From Rotaria socialis (taxonomy: Eukaryota), in assembly GCA_905331295.1 (NCBI GenBank), contig CAJNYD010000471.1, forward strand, positions 1 to 46,414: a DNA stretch of 46,414 nt. Direction: 5' to 3'. How positions within the stretch are numbered: position 1 is the first letter of the stretch; each line of letters starts with the position of its first letter. The translations under genes and the position numbers were made by a program. The notes below the pieces were generated by a model that was not told the DNA's origin, did no database searches, and saw only the letters and a program-made list of their open reading frames with translations. Positions 34,330 to 46,414 of this stretch are shown piece by piece.

Positions 34330-37253
34330 GACCACACGGCTATGTTTATTAACCAATTGATTTATTAAATGTACTATTTCCAGGCATTATGGCAATCTCT
34401 TTCATAAAAGTACTACATATTTGTGAATTAAATTTTCGATTGTTTTTCTTTTGTAAAATTTGACATAACACTTATCGGAACTTAAAGATATGCTTGTCCG
34501 TTGTTATTATGATGGAAATAAGTGAGCGTTAATTCGTACGCAGAAGAAACAATTAAAACACAATGCAGTCAAAAGCTAGAATAATTATAGAGAACGATAA
34601 AAAGCATTTTCTTATTAAAAACTAAACATTATGGGCAAACTGAAAGAAAGAAAAAAGTCGTTGATAATATAAGCAAAGCAGAAAACAGCCTCCAACAGCG
34701 TTATGTGAAATCATGTCTGTCTATGAATCGATGGGAGCTTATACTGAGGCTAGAAAAAATTGTCATTATCGATTAAAAAAAACTATATTTGTATACACAA
34801 AAGAAACATATTACGATCATCTTTTATTTAGATAAGCATCGTTTGATTGAGTTCTTTGATAGTCCTGTATGCTAACCAATATCAATATTGTGTTCGAATG
34901 ATCCTTTTTGATCCTAGAGTTCCACTTGAAGCTATCAATAGTTCATAATTGTCAATAGAAGAAGAAAAATCTCGAAAACTAACAATGCGTATTTTGTCGT
35001 CCATCGAACTCTTCACTATTGAGTGACTTCGATTATGCTCTGTGAGTTTTCTTCACTGAACATCAATAATAATTGAATTAGTATAGATGTTAGTGATTGT
35101 TCGGGTGTAGTTCTCTCTCAATTGATTTATGATAGATATAATTCAATTAGTATGGTCTAACCATTGATATGGAAATTTAAAAAAACACGAGAAATTCTTT
35201 CATTCAACTTGTAATATTTGTGAAAGCCTTGTACATAAATAAAATAATTTGATGCGATTGTCTTTGTTATTTTCTTAGCGTTTTTTCTTATGTAAGCATC
35301 AGTAGTCTGACCACGTTGTCGTGTCGGATGACGCAAAGTTAATTTGATGTATTTCATCATAATTCAAAGAGGGCAAACAAGGAGCGTGGAAAGTTATAAA
35401 ACTATTGTAACGTACAGATGCACTACTACTATAAAAAATACTCCATTGATACTCTACGTTTTTTTATAAAAACAAAATGTCCACAGGAAACATCTAGAAG
35501 ACAATTATGATAATTATGATATCACGTCACGCGATGTGTACTGGTGAATAATTGGGTAACCGTATGCCGGTAGAGAAAATCAGCCAAAAGAAATTATATT
35601 CACATACTAATGACATCTCATAGTAGTAGATTGAATTATTTCGAGATGGCTTTAAGTAGACCTCAACTATTGACGTTACTGGATACTCGCATGATCAAGT
35701 GTATACAAATATAATTCACAAGAGTAATAATTAAATAAATAAATATTATTGCAGACAGTGATGGAAAACTTCAATACAAAAAATGATCATGTAGGGGATT
35801 CGATAGCAAACCATTCACTTGCTACAAAATAAGAAATATACAGATAAGGAAGACACTTCTGCGATCTAACTATGAATGAGATTTGTAAAAACTTCACGAT
35901 GACAAAGGAAAAAAAAAATCTTTTTTTTAATTTCCATTAACTGTAATATAATATATGATTTCAATATTGAATATAGCGAGATACTGATGTCGAATGAATA
36001 TTTTATCAAGATTGTTTCTACAAGAATTTGCGTAAGCGAAAAATAATGCCAGTATGCTTCGAAGATCAACTGAAACAAATTAATTCAATAAACTTGAATA
36101 TGATTCTGTTTCATTGAAATTCAATCAACTGAAAAAATATTAGAAAATAAGATAATTATACGCGAAACGCATGAAATAGTGTTTTCATGTATTTTGAATG
36201 CTTTTTTCTTGCCAATAATACATCAATCAATGAATTGCATCGTTTTCGTTAGAGATGAATATAATGAACTTGAATTTTCGAAATTTACTGGCGACTGTCA
36301 GCAACGTTGTATCATGATAAGATAAAAAACAAAATCCTCAGCGAAAAAGTCTGCCAGTATAATTCCAAAAGAGAATAGCTTCGAAAGCAAAAATATTAAT
36401 GACTGAAGAAAATCCGAGAATATTTTTTGCTCGACTCACTCGTGAGAAATAAAATTATGAATATTTCACTTGAATAAAGTTTTGACATGTCTTGGTATTA
36501 ACTAAGGCAGCACAAAAAAAAGACAGTAATAGCAATGGAAGTACTTGATGTTTAATTAATGAAAGTGATACTTCGTATATCAGCGATGTATAAATAAGAA
36601 GAAAGTAATGTTGATAGATGAATATCTCACGGAAACTAGTTATAGTATAGTATGCCACGAGTGTTTGCATCGGTACATTGTTCATATTTGATATCTCTTA
36701 TCGTCGGAACCTATTAGGATATTTGGTCGGATAGCAGAAATAGAGCAAATGAATTTCTCGCGATGTTCATGCTATGTTTCATTTCAATATTTTTGCTAAT
36801 TGTTGCGTACATCTGAATGATTCATAGCATTACACTTTATCATGAAGCTTGTAAGGTACTTCACAAAATTAGTGGCCATTGCGGTTTTTCTTGTTAAATT
36901 TTTTTGGAATGAATCCGTAAGGGCTCTTTAACTACTCTAGTAAACGACTGTATTCATGCAACCTCTACATAGCGCATAATTAGCAGATTAGCCTGCAAGC
37001 GAAAAAGTTCATTATAATGTCGCTCTTTTCAACATTCCGAGGTCTAAATAAATGTCAATGTGCCGGAAATGTATATGCACCTTCACAAATTGCCTGTAGC
37101 AACAAGAAAGAAAGAAAGAAAGAATGAGTTATTTCTTACTCATCTAGAGAACTTGTAGAAAAGACGTTCAATTTCATTCAAATATCTTGATTGTATTTAT
37201 TTAGAAAAAGGATAGTGCAAACAAGTTATTAAATTAAATTAAATATTTTATGG

Positions 37254-38715
37254 TTACATGAGTTTTTGTATTAAATACATGATGCAAATAACCGCGATGC
37301 TAACGACAACAGTGATGAGGCAAGCCTTTTTGATCTAAATAACTAGAAATAACAAATCTGTGAATTAAAAATATCTAAGTTGATGGTACTAACTCTTTTT
37401 GCAGATCGATCTAGACTTTTAGTGGCACAAATGATACTTTTACTTCTCTCAATCCGAACGACTGCTTCGGAAACATATTGTTCAATAGAATTTATATTCA
37501 TTCCCTAATGATGAAAAACAAAAGAAATAACTATTCGAATTCAAACAATAAAGCAAAGAACATCGTACTTGTGTTTCGACTAAGTTCGCTAAATCAATGC
37601 AAATATTATCTAATTCTCGAATATTACGTTCGAGTTTCAAAATATCAGAATGGCGTCCTTCCAGATCATGCAACATTTGTTTTGATTGTTCTAGATCAGC
37701 CATGATCTATAATTAAAATAAAAATGTTATCATCAATTCTTTTTGTTGGCTATACTTGTCGACCAAAAGTTGGATGTCCGTGTTCAAGAATTTCGGCTAA
37801 CTCATCTTCATTTTTTTCAATTCCAGCTAGAAAAAATGAACGTTTAAATAAGAATGATTAAATGGTAAGAAAAACTGACCTATTTGAAATTGACGAGCAA
37901 CTCTCGCTCGGCATCGTTCTCGATAAGCTATTTCTGATGCATAATATCTGTTCATTATATCACAGAAATGTTTTGTCATAATGTTGACATGAGCTTCAGC
38001 AATACGATGACGTACAGTTTTTTTATCGGCATCAATCTGAATATCTTCGATTTTTTTCATTTCTATAAAACAAAACTTTATTGATTTCAGCTGTTAAGAA
38101 GCTTTTCCTTCGTTACCGCTCAAATATTTTCTAACATTAGTACTTAATCGCCGCATTTCGGCCATATTTTCGGCAAGGTAATTTTGCTTTTCTGAAGATT
38201 AAATAGTTTCATTTCTTTAAAAAGCAAACTTTTCAAGAGGTAACTTACTGAAATCAAACGGTGATGCTAGCAAAGCATTTTGTAAATGTTCAATAGAACC
38301 GATGACTTCAGAAATTCGATCGATAGTATTCCAAAGAAGTTTGACCTATGAATACATATTTGATGTATTTTCAGAAATTCTTGTTACAGAAAACTCAAAA
38401 AGAATTATGCAGTATAAAATGAGAAACTGAGGAATTACTCCAGAGACAATGAATTTAACAATTTACTTCACAAGATTTATCATAAAAACTTCATATTCTC
38501 TGGTAAACTTCATGTACTCACTTTATCAAAAAAATCTTTCATGAATGGTCCTGCCATGTCGACAACAGCAAAATGATTGATAATACTGATATCTTCATCA
38601 ATTCCATATTTTTCAGCCTAAAATTATAAAGATTGTTGATGAAATTATGTGATAGAGAATTGAAGAAAATAATTTATACATCAGCTTTTAACTGTGGAAG
38701 TCTATCTTTCGTCAT
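37254..38715 (-). CDS. Syntaxin-1-like Qa-SNARE, 295 aa, 9 exons (38680-38715, 38522-38617, 38249-38345, 38117-38191, 37880-38062, 37756-37826, 37569-37706, 37394-37504, 37254-37334)
   Basis: N-peptide MTKDRL, Habc helices (FMKDFFDKV...; AYRERCRARVARQFQI), SNARE motif DLEGRHSDILKLERNIREL...LVETQG...SIE with the zero-layer Gln, and a C-terminal TM. 888 nt in frame, all introns GT-AG. Confidence 0.9.
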
Positions 38716-38989
38716 TTGATAAATGTTAAATGATGTTAATTATATTGTATATAACAATTTAAAACTCTAGTTTCTCCTTCTATTTTTTTTTCTGCTAACA
38801 TAACAATGAAAAAATTATTTGAGTGAGTCATAATATTTTGCGTCATCATATCTGCCTCTATAGATAAACTTCAAGGCAAGTCTCACTGACATTTCCACCT
38901 TCATTGTATTCTGCTAATATTTGCTGATGTTGACTTGATTTTATCTCATCAGACCAGTGATAGATAACTGGAAAAAAATGGGTTCACAG

Positions 38990-39341
38990 CAGATCTCCGC
39001 GCGCGACGTCCCATGGGACGGGATGGGACGAACATTTTTAGAAAATTTTAAGCGGACAAGAAAGAATTGAAGTCTCTTTCGAGGTGATTCTATCAGTGAC
39101 CGCTTTCAAATTTTATTTTCATATTTTAAAACATTTTCGGTATATGTTGTTCAATTTAGCAAAAATATTTTTAACAAACAAATACAAGCTTTTCAAAGTC
39201 ATCTAGCACAACGGTCTTAATTTTAATGGATAGAGATACTGTGCATATCATAGAATCATATGGAAAGAGATTTTGATTCTTTCTTGTCTGCTTAAAATTT
39301 TCTAAAAATGTTCTTCCCATCCCGTCCAACGTGGAGCCCTG
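38990..39341. mobile_element. hAT-like MITE upstream of the syntaxin gene
   Basis: Inverted arms GGACGGGATGGGA(C/A)GAACATTTTTAGAAAATTTTAAGC(G/A)GACAAGAAAGAAT; CAG..CTCC termini; 8-bp TSD GTTCACAG / GCTCACAG (7/8). Confidence 0.82.
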
Positions 39342-39813
39342 GCTCACAGTATATCGCTTTACGTCAATCCTTTCTTTTATTGACTTGCGACCAGGTATTG
39401 TTGATTCTCTAAATGAGTCAATGTTGCCACATACGACTTTGTCATGAATTTGAACTATATATGTCATGCCTATGACGCACACTAGAAAAAAAAAATAATG
39501 AAAACACATAGATTGTTAAACTTATTCACAATATTTGTTATGTTCTCTGGCTAATTCTTTGTTAGCAATATGTTGACTACTTTCTTTTCTTTTTTAATTT
39601 TACCGAATGAAAGAAGTCGAGAAAAATTAATCTTTTATGTGTAAAATTTCGCATGAAATCTATCTGAATACTTAGTCTGCTAACATTACGATCTTTCATT
39701 TTATCGAAAGATAAGAACGGCGAGATCTACATAGCTAATATTTATGAAATAGAATATTTACGCTTGAAATTCATTAATTCATAATCTCTCCGGTCATTCG
39801 AAACTTGTTTATA

Positions 39814-40095
39814 CCCATGTCGCACAAACCGATCGAAAACCGTCGGTTAACCGTGGTCAATTTTTATAAAAATCGGTTAACCGCAGTTATTTAAGCCATT
39901 TTAGCGCCTTTACAGCGTAAAAACCAGCGGTTAACCGCGGTTAACCTCCCAGTTAACCGGACAAGTCATCGGTTATGTCGCTAGCTGTCCGGTTATTTTT
40001 CCGGTTAACCGTTGGTTTTTACGCTGTAAAGGCGCTAAAATGGCTTAAATAACCGCGGTTAACCGACGGTTTTCGATCGGTTTGTGCGACATGGG
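39814..40095. mobile_element. Young CCC-terminus foldback MITE
   Basis: Perfect 40-bp TIR CCCATGTCGCACAAACCGATCGAAAACCGTCGGTTAACCG, plus a further ~60-bp inner inverted arm; TA on both flanks; repeated CGGTTAACCG palindromes. Confidence 0.9.
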
Positions 40096-41169
40096 TAGTA
40101 TTTCATTTTGTTTTCACAGCAAGAAATCATTATCTTAATTTTATGCAGTGGAACATTTGTACTAAGACATGCTAAGTGATACAAAACAAAATGTCTCATA
40201 CTGTCATGCACAATATTCAATTATGAGTGTTCGACAGTAAATAGAGATTTAGCGGCTGTTTCAAAGAAAAAAAGGCATACGTATTTCAATGGAATATGAA
40301 TTTTTTACCGACGGTTTTTTATAAATATTTTACTATTTTCCTATGAAACAATATTCACAACACCGTATGACTAATAGAGAGGCAAGATATTAGTCAAAGA
40401 GATTTAGCTACATAATGTTTTAACACATTTAGTCACATTTCCACACATTTTTACTGTAATATATGACGTATTATTTATATTGAGATACAACTAGAAAACA
40501 TAGTTTCTAGTTATCTTTTGAACACCATATTCTAATGTAACTAATTGAATAACAAAGTAATATATGATCCAAATGGAATGGTGCTGATTAATTAGTACTT
40601 TTTATTGTTGTCAATAAAGCTACGATTTGTTCACAAACACTATCCGTTTAGAGTAAGATGATGAGATCACAGATATTATGTTTACATTGTGAGAATATGC
40701 TCGAATTACTTTCTCTTCATCGAAATCTTTGTTTCTTTTGCATCTGAATTTGCGTACAGAATAATATTACTCTTCGAAGCTTGAGTACTTCAAAGTAAAA
40801 ATCGATGTATTCGTATTATTTCTTTTATTTCAAATATAATATTGAGTTGAAAATTGAAATGAAAAAAGAAAAGTCGCATTTGATGATGATGCAACATTCG
40901 GAACCATCACTTCAATCATATTTACAGTCTCGATCAATATATCAAAAACTTGCTCGATTGATGTTATTTTTCCTTGTGAATCAGATGCCATTGAAAATGT
41001 AAACGCTAACACTAAAGCAAAAAAATATTTTTTCCAATAAAAATCTTCAATCTCTACTAAACTCGTATGAATAACCAGTTTTCATCGTCCCGTTTTCAAA
41101 AATACCAATTCTTGTTTTGAATCGACTAACATTGCAACTTCTGCGTTATTCCGTACTAGTGTCACTGGA

Positions 41170-41594
41170 ATGATGAGAGTAATATTTGCCACAATTGTTT
41201 ACATATGTTTTCTCTCTACAAACAGTGAAAGTAATGTAGAATTTATGAGAAGTATTCATAAAAAGTCTGCTCTGTATAGGCGCAACAATCAAATCGTCAT
41301 CTAGTTGCACAGTTGATCAATGCAGTTAGAGTAATCAAGCTAGCAGCTGTTCGTCCGCAAATGCCTGCTACCGTTTTGAAACATCAAAAAATACAACATT
41401 ATGTGCACCTCAAGTAGCCTGTTCATTGTTCGATGCTTGTACGAATGTAAGAACGTGTTCGTCGAATGCAACTGCATGCGCCTTAAATAGTTGCTGTCCG
41501 GCATCCATTTGTATGCCTCTAGCATTGTCTAACACAGGTTCATCAACAAATAATGTTGCTGCAAGTTCTACAACACCTCGAACGCCAACGTCAG
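41170..41594 (+). pseudogene. Secreted Cys-rich protein gene (exons 41170-41230, 41280-41594) with an in-frame stop
   Basis: Signal-peptide exon MMRVIFATIVYICFLSTNSE splices in phase 1 to ...SCTVDQCS*SNQASSCSSANACY...LCAPQVACSLFDAC...CALNSCCPASICMPL; TAG at 41327-41329; donor G|gtatgt at 41594; no downstream exon recognised. Confidence 0.65.
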
Positions 41595-41648
41595 GTATGT
41601 ACAAAGAATAAATGGGTTCCGGTTACGATTTGAATAAAACACAAAAAT

Positions 41649-41899
41649 CTAGGTGACAGAATCCGATCAAATCTTATAAAATCCGACCAAATCCGACAAC
41701 CGAATTCGATAGGAATTTCAGGAGTCGGATTCCAGCGAGGTCTTAAAGAAATCTATCGGGTTTTGATTGGCTCCTGCAAGAATCGATCGGATTCCAACAG
41801 TAGGGATCCGTGAGTGGGCCCACAACCAGGATTTACTTAGAATCCTGCAGCAACCGATCAAATCCGGTTGGATTCAACTATCGGATTGTTCGTCCGGGG
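41649..41899 (-). mobile_element. Second copy of the 17934-18276 MITE family, inverted and internally deleted
   Basis: Its reverse complement aligns to 17934-18160 (CC.GGACGAACAATCCGATA..., CTGCAGGATTCTAAG, CACGGATCCCTA.TGTTGGAATCCGATCGATTCTTGC, ATTCCTATCGAATTCGGTTGT). Confidence 0.8.
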
Positions 41900-43967
41900 C
41901 ACTCATTTTTTCCTGATAAATACTAATTCAATCATTTCATTCTGAGAATTCAGGAGCTAAGTTTTAATCAAAAAACATTTTCAGGCCAAATACGAAAGGA
42001 ATTCTATCAAATCTAGAATACATTCTTCAAGCCAAAATCTAGATGGGTGAGTGTATTAGTGATCAGGATTATGAAGAACTTAAGTTGTAGAGCTTACATT
42101 AATTCCAAGATGATTTTCTGTTGTTGTTCGGCGCAATTTCGCAGAAACTCTAGTTAGATAGTGTCGGGGTGCAGAAACCATGAGACTTGATTAGAACCGG
42201 AGGAAAAGACTGACGTTTGATCAAACTTATCGAAAAAAATTAAAACATTTTCTGATTGAGACAATGCTTCCCAGTTTCATTAGTTTCCTTTCAGGCTTTG
42301 GTCATACTTACTGATTTGGAACAGTAGGCAACTCTATCGCTATCTGAAATCATTGAATCGTTCTTCATATTTGAATATCTGAGATACTGCGCTAAGACTC
42401 TTCCTGTTTTTAATATTCGCCAATTGTTCATTTCATCATTGTGCTATCTTTTCGAATAAAGTGACAGATAATATTTGTCCAAATGCAATATGGAAGCCTA
42501 TTGAAGAAGCAGTGGTAAATTCGATGTCGATCAACGTTGATACCAGGTACATGTACGCTAGTGATTTCTATATGAATGCGGAAGACAATTACATCATAAG
42601 TAGTATATATAGAGTGAACCCATGGAGACCCATCCACTTTTTGGAAAAGTTCTTTTTTCGATTTCTTTTCAGTCGAAACTTCAGGTATGTTGTAGAAAAC
42701 ACTTTTGATGAAAAACATGACCTTGCCAGCGGAAAATATCGAGTTCTGGTTGATTTTTTCGGGACGACTATGGTATATTGTCATACAAAGGGAAAACGTG
42801 AGGAAAACACCTGAAACTTTTCTAAAATATCTTTTTCAGAATTTTTTTCATGCTGAAATATATGAAAACTGTTTTGAAACACTTAAGATAGAAAAAAATT
42901 AGACCACTCCTATTGAAAGTCTTGAGTTCTGAGTCATTTCTTCTGAAAATAACGATGACTGTCGTTTGACATGCTGAGTGATACTAATCTATTTGAAGAA
43001 TTTTCATTAGACTAGCGATAAAGATGATGATGTTCAGGATGATATATCGCTGTTACAATAGATGACCTGACGTGCTTGATGACATCGAATTTACCCCGAA
43101 CCATCAGCTTGAGACTGAAAGAATCTGGCATAGTAGTAAACTAAGAGAATCTTCCGATGTGTTGAAGTACTGAATATCACTGTTAAGTTTCATTCCACAA
43201 AATCTGATATATTGAAATCGACATAAAAAAAAGAAATTTATTTAAATGTAAATGTCCTGATGTGTGTTGATCGGGATATTTGACGATATTGAGCCGTTGT
43301 GTGACTAATCGATTGGAATTCATGCATCATTCGGATCCTTCGCATTGTACTTGAGGGTGTGTGAGCGTGCGTGTTGCTATTCTAACTGCTTCACCCACAC
43401 ACCCACGCTCTGATAAAGGGTATTTATAGCAATCTTGCAGAAATGCCATGGAGTCAAAATATTCCTACTTTATTAAACAGAAATGTAAAGATTATTAATC
43501 GAAACAACATGAATACAGATATATAAAAATCTACTGATTTTATGACAATAAATGATGGTATGAAAGATAGAAAGTGAGATTTTATTTTAAAAAGACTAAC
43601 AACGAATAAAATAATTTTGATAATAATGACGTCCATATATGGTAACTAGTCCATGTGTCAGAATCCTACTTTTCGTATTGAAACTCCTCTATTTGGGTAG
43701 AGACCGTTTGAGTTGTTCTTTTGCATGGCTAAGTACCTAATAAAATACAGAGAAATCATATCATACTGTGTACTTAAATTGAACAACGTGCAATCCCTGC
43801 AAGGCAACAAAATCATCATGCTGTTCTCTTATGCTCTTTATTTTTATTAATCAATGAATTATTAATACAACGAAATGTAGACTATATAGTTAACGTCTAA
43901 ATAGTGATAAAAACGAGAGAACGGAGCAAGATAATGAGTTTGCATGCACGCACATAATTAATATTTT

Positions 43968-44379
43968 TGTGGAACTCACATATATTTTCGAAGAAAATGG
44001 TGAGTGTAAGTTTAAAGCCGAGATTTTTGCGGCTCCCCACCCCCCCCTCCCCATTACAGACATCAATGAGTTTAAAATTGTGCTAATTAGAAGCCTGACT
44101 AATTAGGCTGATATTTCTTCCCTTTTTAATTACAGACTACACGAAAAAGCTATGCTTGCCCATTACAGACCATAGTAACTAGCTTAGGGTACCATTACAG
44201 ACCATAGTAACTAGCCTCTGCCATTGTTAAATATACGAGCTAACAATTAATACTCAATTACAGACATAAGTGCAAATAGGCAATGATCTAATTATAGGTT
44301 TTGAAAATCAGGGTAGATTTTTCAGATGAATTATTTTGAATTATTTTAGTAAGCCGAAGGGATATATGCGAGTTCCACA
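43968..44379. mobile_element. MITE with TGTGGAACTC(A/G)CATATAT TIRs
   Basis: 18-bp TIR with 1 mismatch, TTTT on both flanks, internal repeated ATTACAGAC motif and a 23-bp duplication (44161-44183, 44193-44215). Confidence 0.75.
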
Positions 44380-44750
44380 TTTTAGTCCCAAAGGGGCTGC
44401 GCTAACAAGCTTTTCAATACTTTTTACTGTAGTGGCGTATTTACTCATGCTTATGGGACTCTCTGCAACAGATAAAACGCCAAAAAGAAGCATTTAAGGG
44501 TGACTTTAAACAACTTTAAACTATGCACTTTACGATCAATTTAAAGTTAAAGTGCCACCACTAGTTGTAGCAATATTGAGAGATGACATGTTTGTATGAA
44601 CATGACAGTTCATTTTTTCTTCTTTTAAAGATCTCTGAATACATTTAGTAAATCCGATTAACTAGTCATCATGTTTTGGCCTGTTTCGATAAACCAATTA
44701 AGACACAAAAGTCACAATTATTGTATTCTCGCTTATGACGTGATATATTT

Positions 44751-44818
44751 CGACTAATATCTAGTACGACTAATTATCGTAGCGACTATTTGTCGTTCGA
44801 CCAATTGTCGTAGACCCC
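44751..44818 (-). repeat. Terminal fragment of a DNA element with ~16-bp CGACTAATTGTCGTA-like subterminal repeats
   Basis: Four degenerate CGAC(T/C)A(A/T)TT(G/A)TCGT units ending in TAGACCCC. Confidence 0.45.
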
Positions 44819-44912
44819 ACATCTCACTATAAATAAACATACAACAACAAACTTGCACTTAAATCACCCCAACGTAAATTAAACATATAAAATATCTATC
44901 TGAACAAAGAGA

Positions 44913-45173
44913 TACCACCAAAGACGAGCATTACGATCATCGTAAGCTATCGTATACGGCGGTGTAAACAACCGTTTACGATCGCATACGGTGAAGCTTA
45001 CGATCATATCCGATCGTGTTTCGTCGTATTACATGTCGTCAGAATTATGACCGTGTGTCATCGTGTCGTATATGATGAAGTGCGACGAATTACGGTTGTA
45101 GTATATTATCGCATGTTTGGCTGAACAGTGTTCTAAACCACCATATTGGTGTTTCTTTACGATCATATACCTG
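44913..45173. mobile_element. Degraded TACGA/TCGTA-rich MITE truncating the transposase 3' end
   Basis: Dense TACGAT/ATCGTA motifs; the transposase-like reading stops at this boundary. Confidence 0.45.
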
Positions 45174-46265
45174 ATCTCGTCGAATCCTTGATTAACATCA
45201 CCAGGTTGAAGAAATGCTAATGCAGCGATTTTATTTACATCATAAGCAAATTTTGAATCATTTTCGTAATTGGTTTTCAATCCAAGATCCTATGAACGAG
45301 AGTTAAAATCAGATCGCCTAAAAAAAAAAAGACTATCGAGGCTGACTTGAAGTTTTCTTTGGATGCTCTTCTGTAGATGGAAGAAGGAACCTGATATCGA
45401 CAATGTGTTAGAAGTTCCTTGGAAAGCATTAATTGCTCCCTTTTCAAAATCGACCATAACTGATTTGGGATTCCACGAAGGACATAAACGATGTAATTCA
45501 TTTATTAACCTCTGATAGGTCTGTTGTTGTTTATCTGACAGTAACGCAAACACCAATGGAAATACACAATTTCGATAAACACCATGCATCGTATATAATT
45601 GAGTGAATATTACTGGTGTTATCTGAAATAACGATGGAGAATATAATCAATGCATACTTATCGATTCAAGATTGAAATAGTTAACATACTTTGAATGTTC
45701 CGTCGATGAGTATTTCTTCAGTTTCTTCAAGAATTTTCAATTGTTCAGGAGATGAGAATATAATTAGACGATGATCACCAGGTCCAGAATGAAACTGCAA
45801 AAATGCGTCGTTTCTAATTGTCATTGTTAGAGATGTTGGTACCATTGTAAAATTTTTATCGTGTGGAATTTGCGGTAAATCATTTTTTTGACGTTGTCGT
45901 TGAATATTTCTTTTAATATATTTAAAATTCGGAAGACGAGCTACCATCTGGTCAGATACATTATTTAAACAATTGTCCATAATATGTTGTGTAGTTTCAG
46001 TGGTAGTCACCGCTCGAGAACGTAATTTGTCTTGGAATAATCAGACCTCATTATTAACTGCACTTGCAGGATGATTATGATCATTATTTTCAAGTAAAAT
46101 AGTAGTATGATTGTGATCTGTATGAATTCTTCCTTTGCATTTAATTGTTCGGCAATATTCACATTTCCAATAAGTTTTTTTTATCCGTATTACGATCGAT
46201 TGTATAGTTGAATCCATTCAACATAAGTAATGGTTTGTTTTTTCAGTTATAGCTAGGGATGGCAC
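45174..46265 (-). pseudogene. FLYWCH + MULE DDE transposase, intron-containing, disrupted (exons ~45690-46265, 45347-45622, 45174-45289)
   Basis: KPLLMLNGFNY...YWKC...CKGRIHT...HNH (FLYWCH zinc finger); DGTFK|ITPVIFTQLYTMHG...PLVFALL; MVDFE; SFFH (C/DxxH position); KIAALAFL. Lesions: +1 frameshift in an A8 run (~46175-46182), TGA at 46041-46043, and loss of the C-terminal catalytic Glu region. Confidence 0.9.
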
Positions 46266-46333
46266 TTTCACTTTACTTCAACCGTAAAGTTTAAAGTTTA
46301 AAGTTGCTTAAAGTCGCCTTTAAACGCTTCTTT

Positions 46334-46414
46334 TGTGGAACTCACATATATTTTCGAAGAAAATGGTGAGTGTAAGTTTAAAGCCGAGATTTTTGCGGCT
46401 CCCCACCCCCCCCA
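46334..46414 (+). mobile_element. Left end of a second copy of the 43968-44379 MITE, cut by the window end
   Basis: About 80 bp identical to 43968-44047. Confidence 0.8.

Larger units (their letters stand above)
44483..46333 (-). mobile_element. Mutator-like (MULE) element remnant bounded by ~74-bp inverted arms
   Basis: 44483-44556 is the diverged reverse complement of 46261-46333 and encloses a MULE transposase pseudogene. Confidence 0.6.

Noticed and set aside
40830..41200. Minus-strand exon-like segments, one frame having three TGA codons (possible Sec/Trp recoding)
   Set aside because: No homology to fix the frame, another frame is open, and it partly overlaps the better-supported plus-strand signal-peptide exon at 41170.
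42428..42902. Overlapping ORFs of 118, 117 and 65 aa
   Set aside because: No motifs and non-ATG or arbitrary starts; 42630-42910 looks like a non-coding DNA-element fragment whose ends I could not define.

Overview
AT-rich (roughly 30% GC by eye) eukaryotic genomic DNA with many short (about 50-60 nt) GT-AG introns, so the ORF track shows only exon fragments. The gene content (R-S-E ADP-ribosyltransferase behind a receiver-like domain, FG-GAP repeats, fungal-type genes, many MITEs) suggests a bdelloid rotifer; this is an inference. Apparently intact genes are an intronless amidase-signature enzyme next to a 3-exon secreted protein (both fungal-like, candidate HGT pair), a GNAT acetyltransferase, a 5-exon 791-aa ART-domain gene, a claudin-like tetraspan, a 77-aa EB-module protein, a Cys-rich type I membrane protein and a 9-exon syntaxin-1-like Qa-SNARE. 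Decayed loci are a near-complete DDX10/DBP4 helicase copy (nonsense codon, two broken splice sites, frameshift), an FG-GAP gene, a Cys-rich secreted gene, a coiled-coil gene and a FLYWCH-MULE transposase. About 15 non-autonomous elements are present: hAT-type MITEs with 8-bp TSDs, CCC-terminal MITEs with 2-bp TSDs, Tc1/pogo-type MITEs with TA TSDs, two Helentron-associated (HINE/DINE-1-like) elements and a CAAGGGGG-terminal family. No rRNA, tRNA or CRISPR array was seen. All family assignments come from motif recognition by eye, without database searches.
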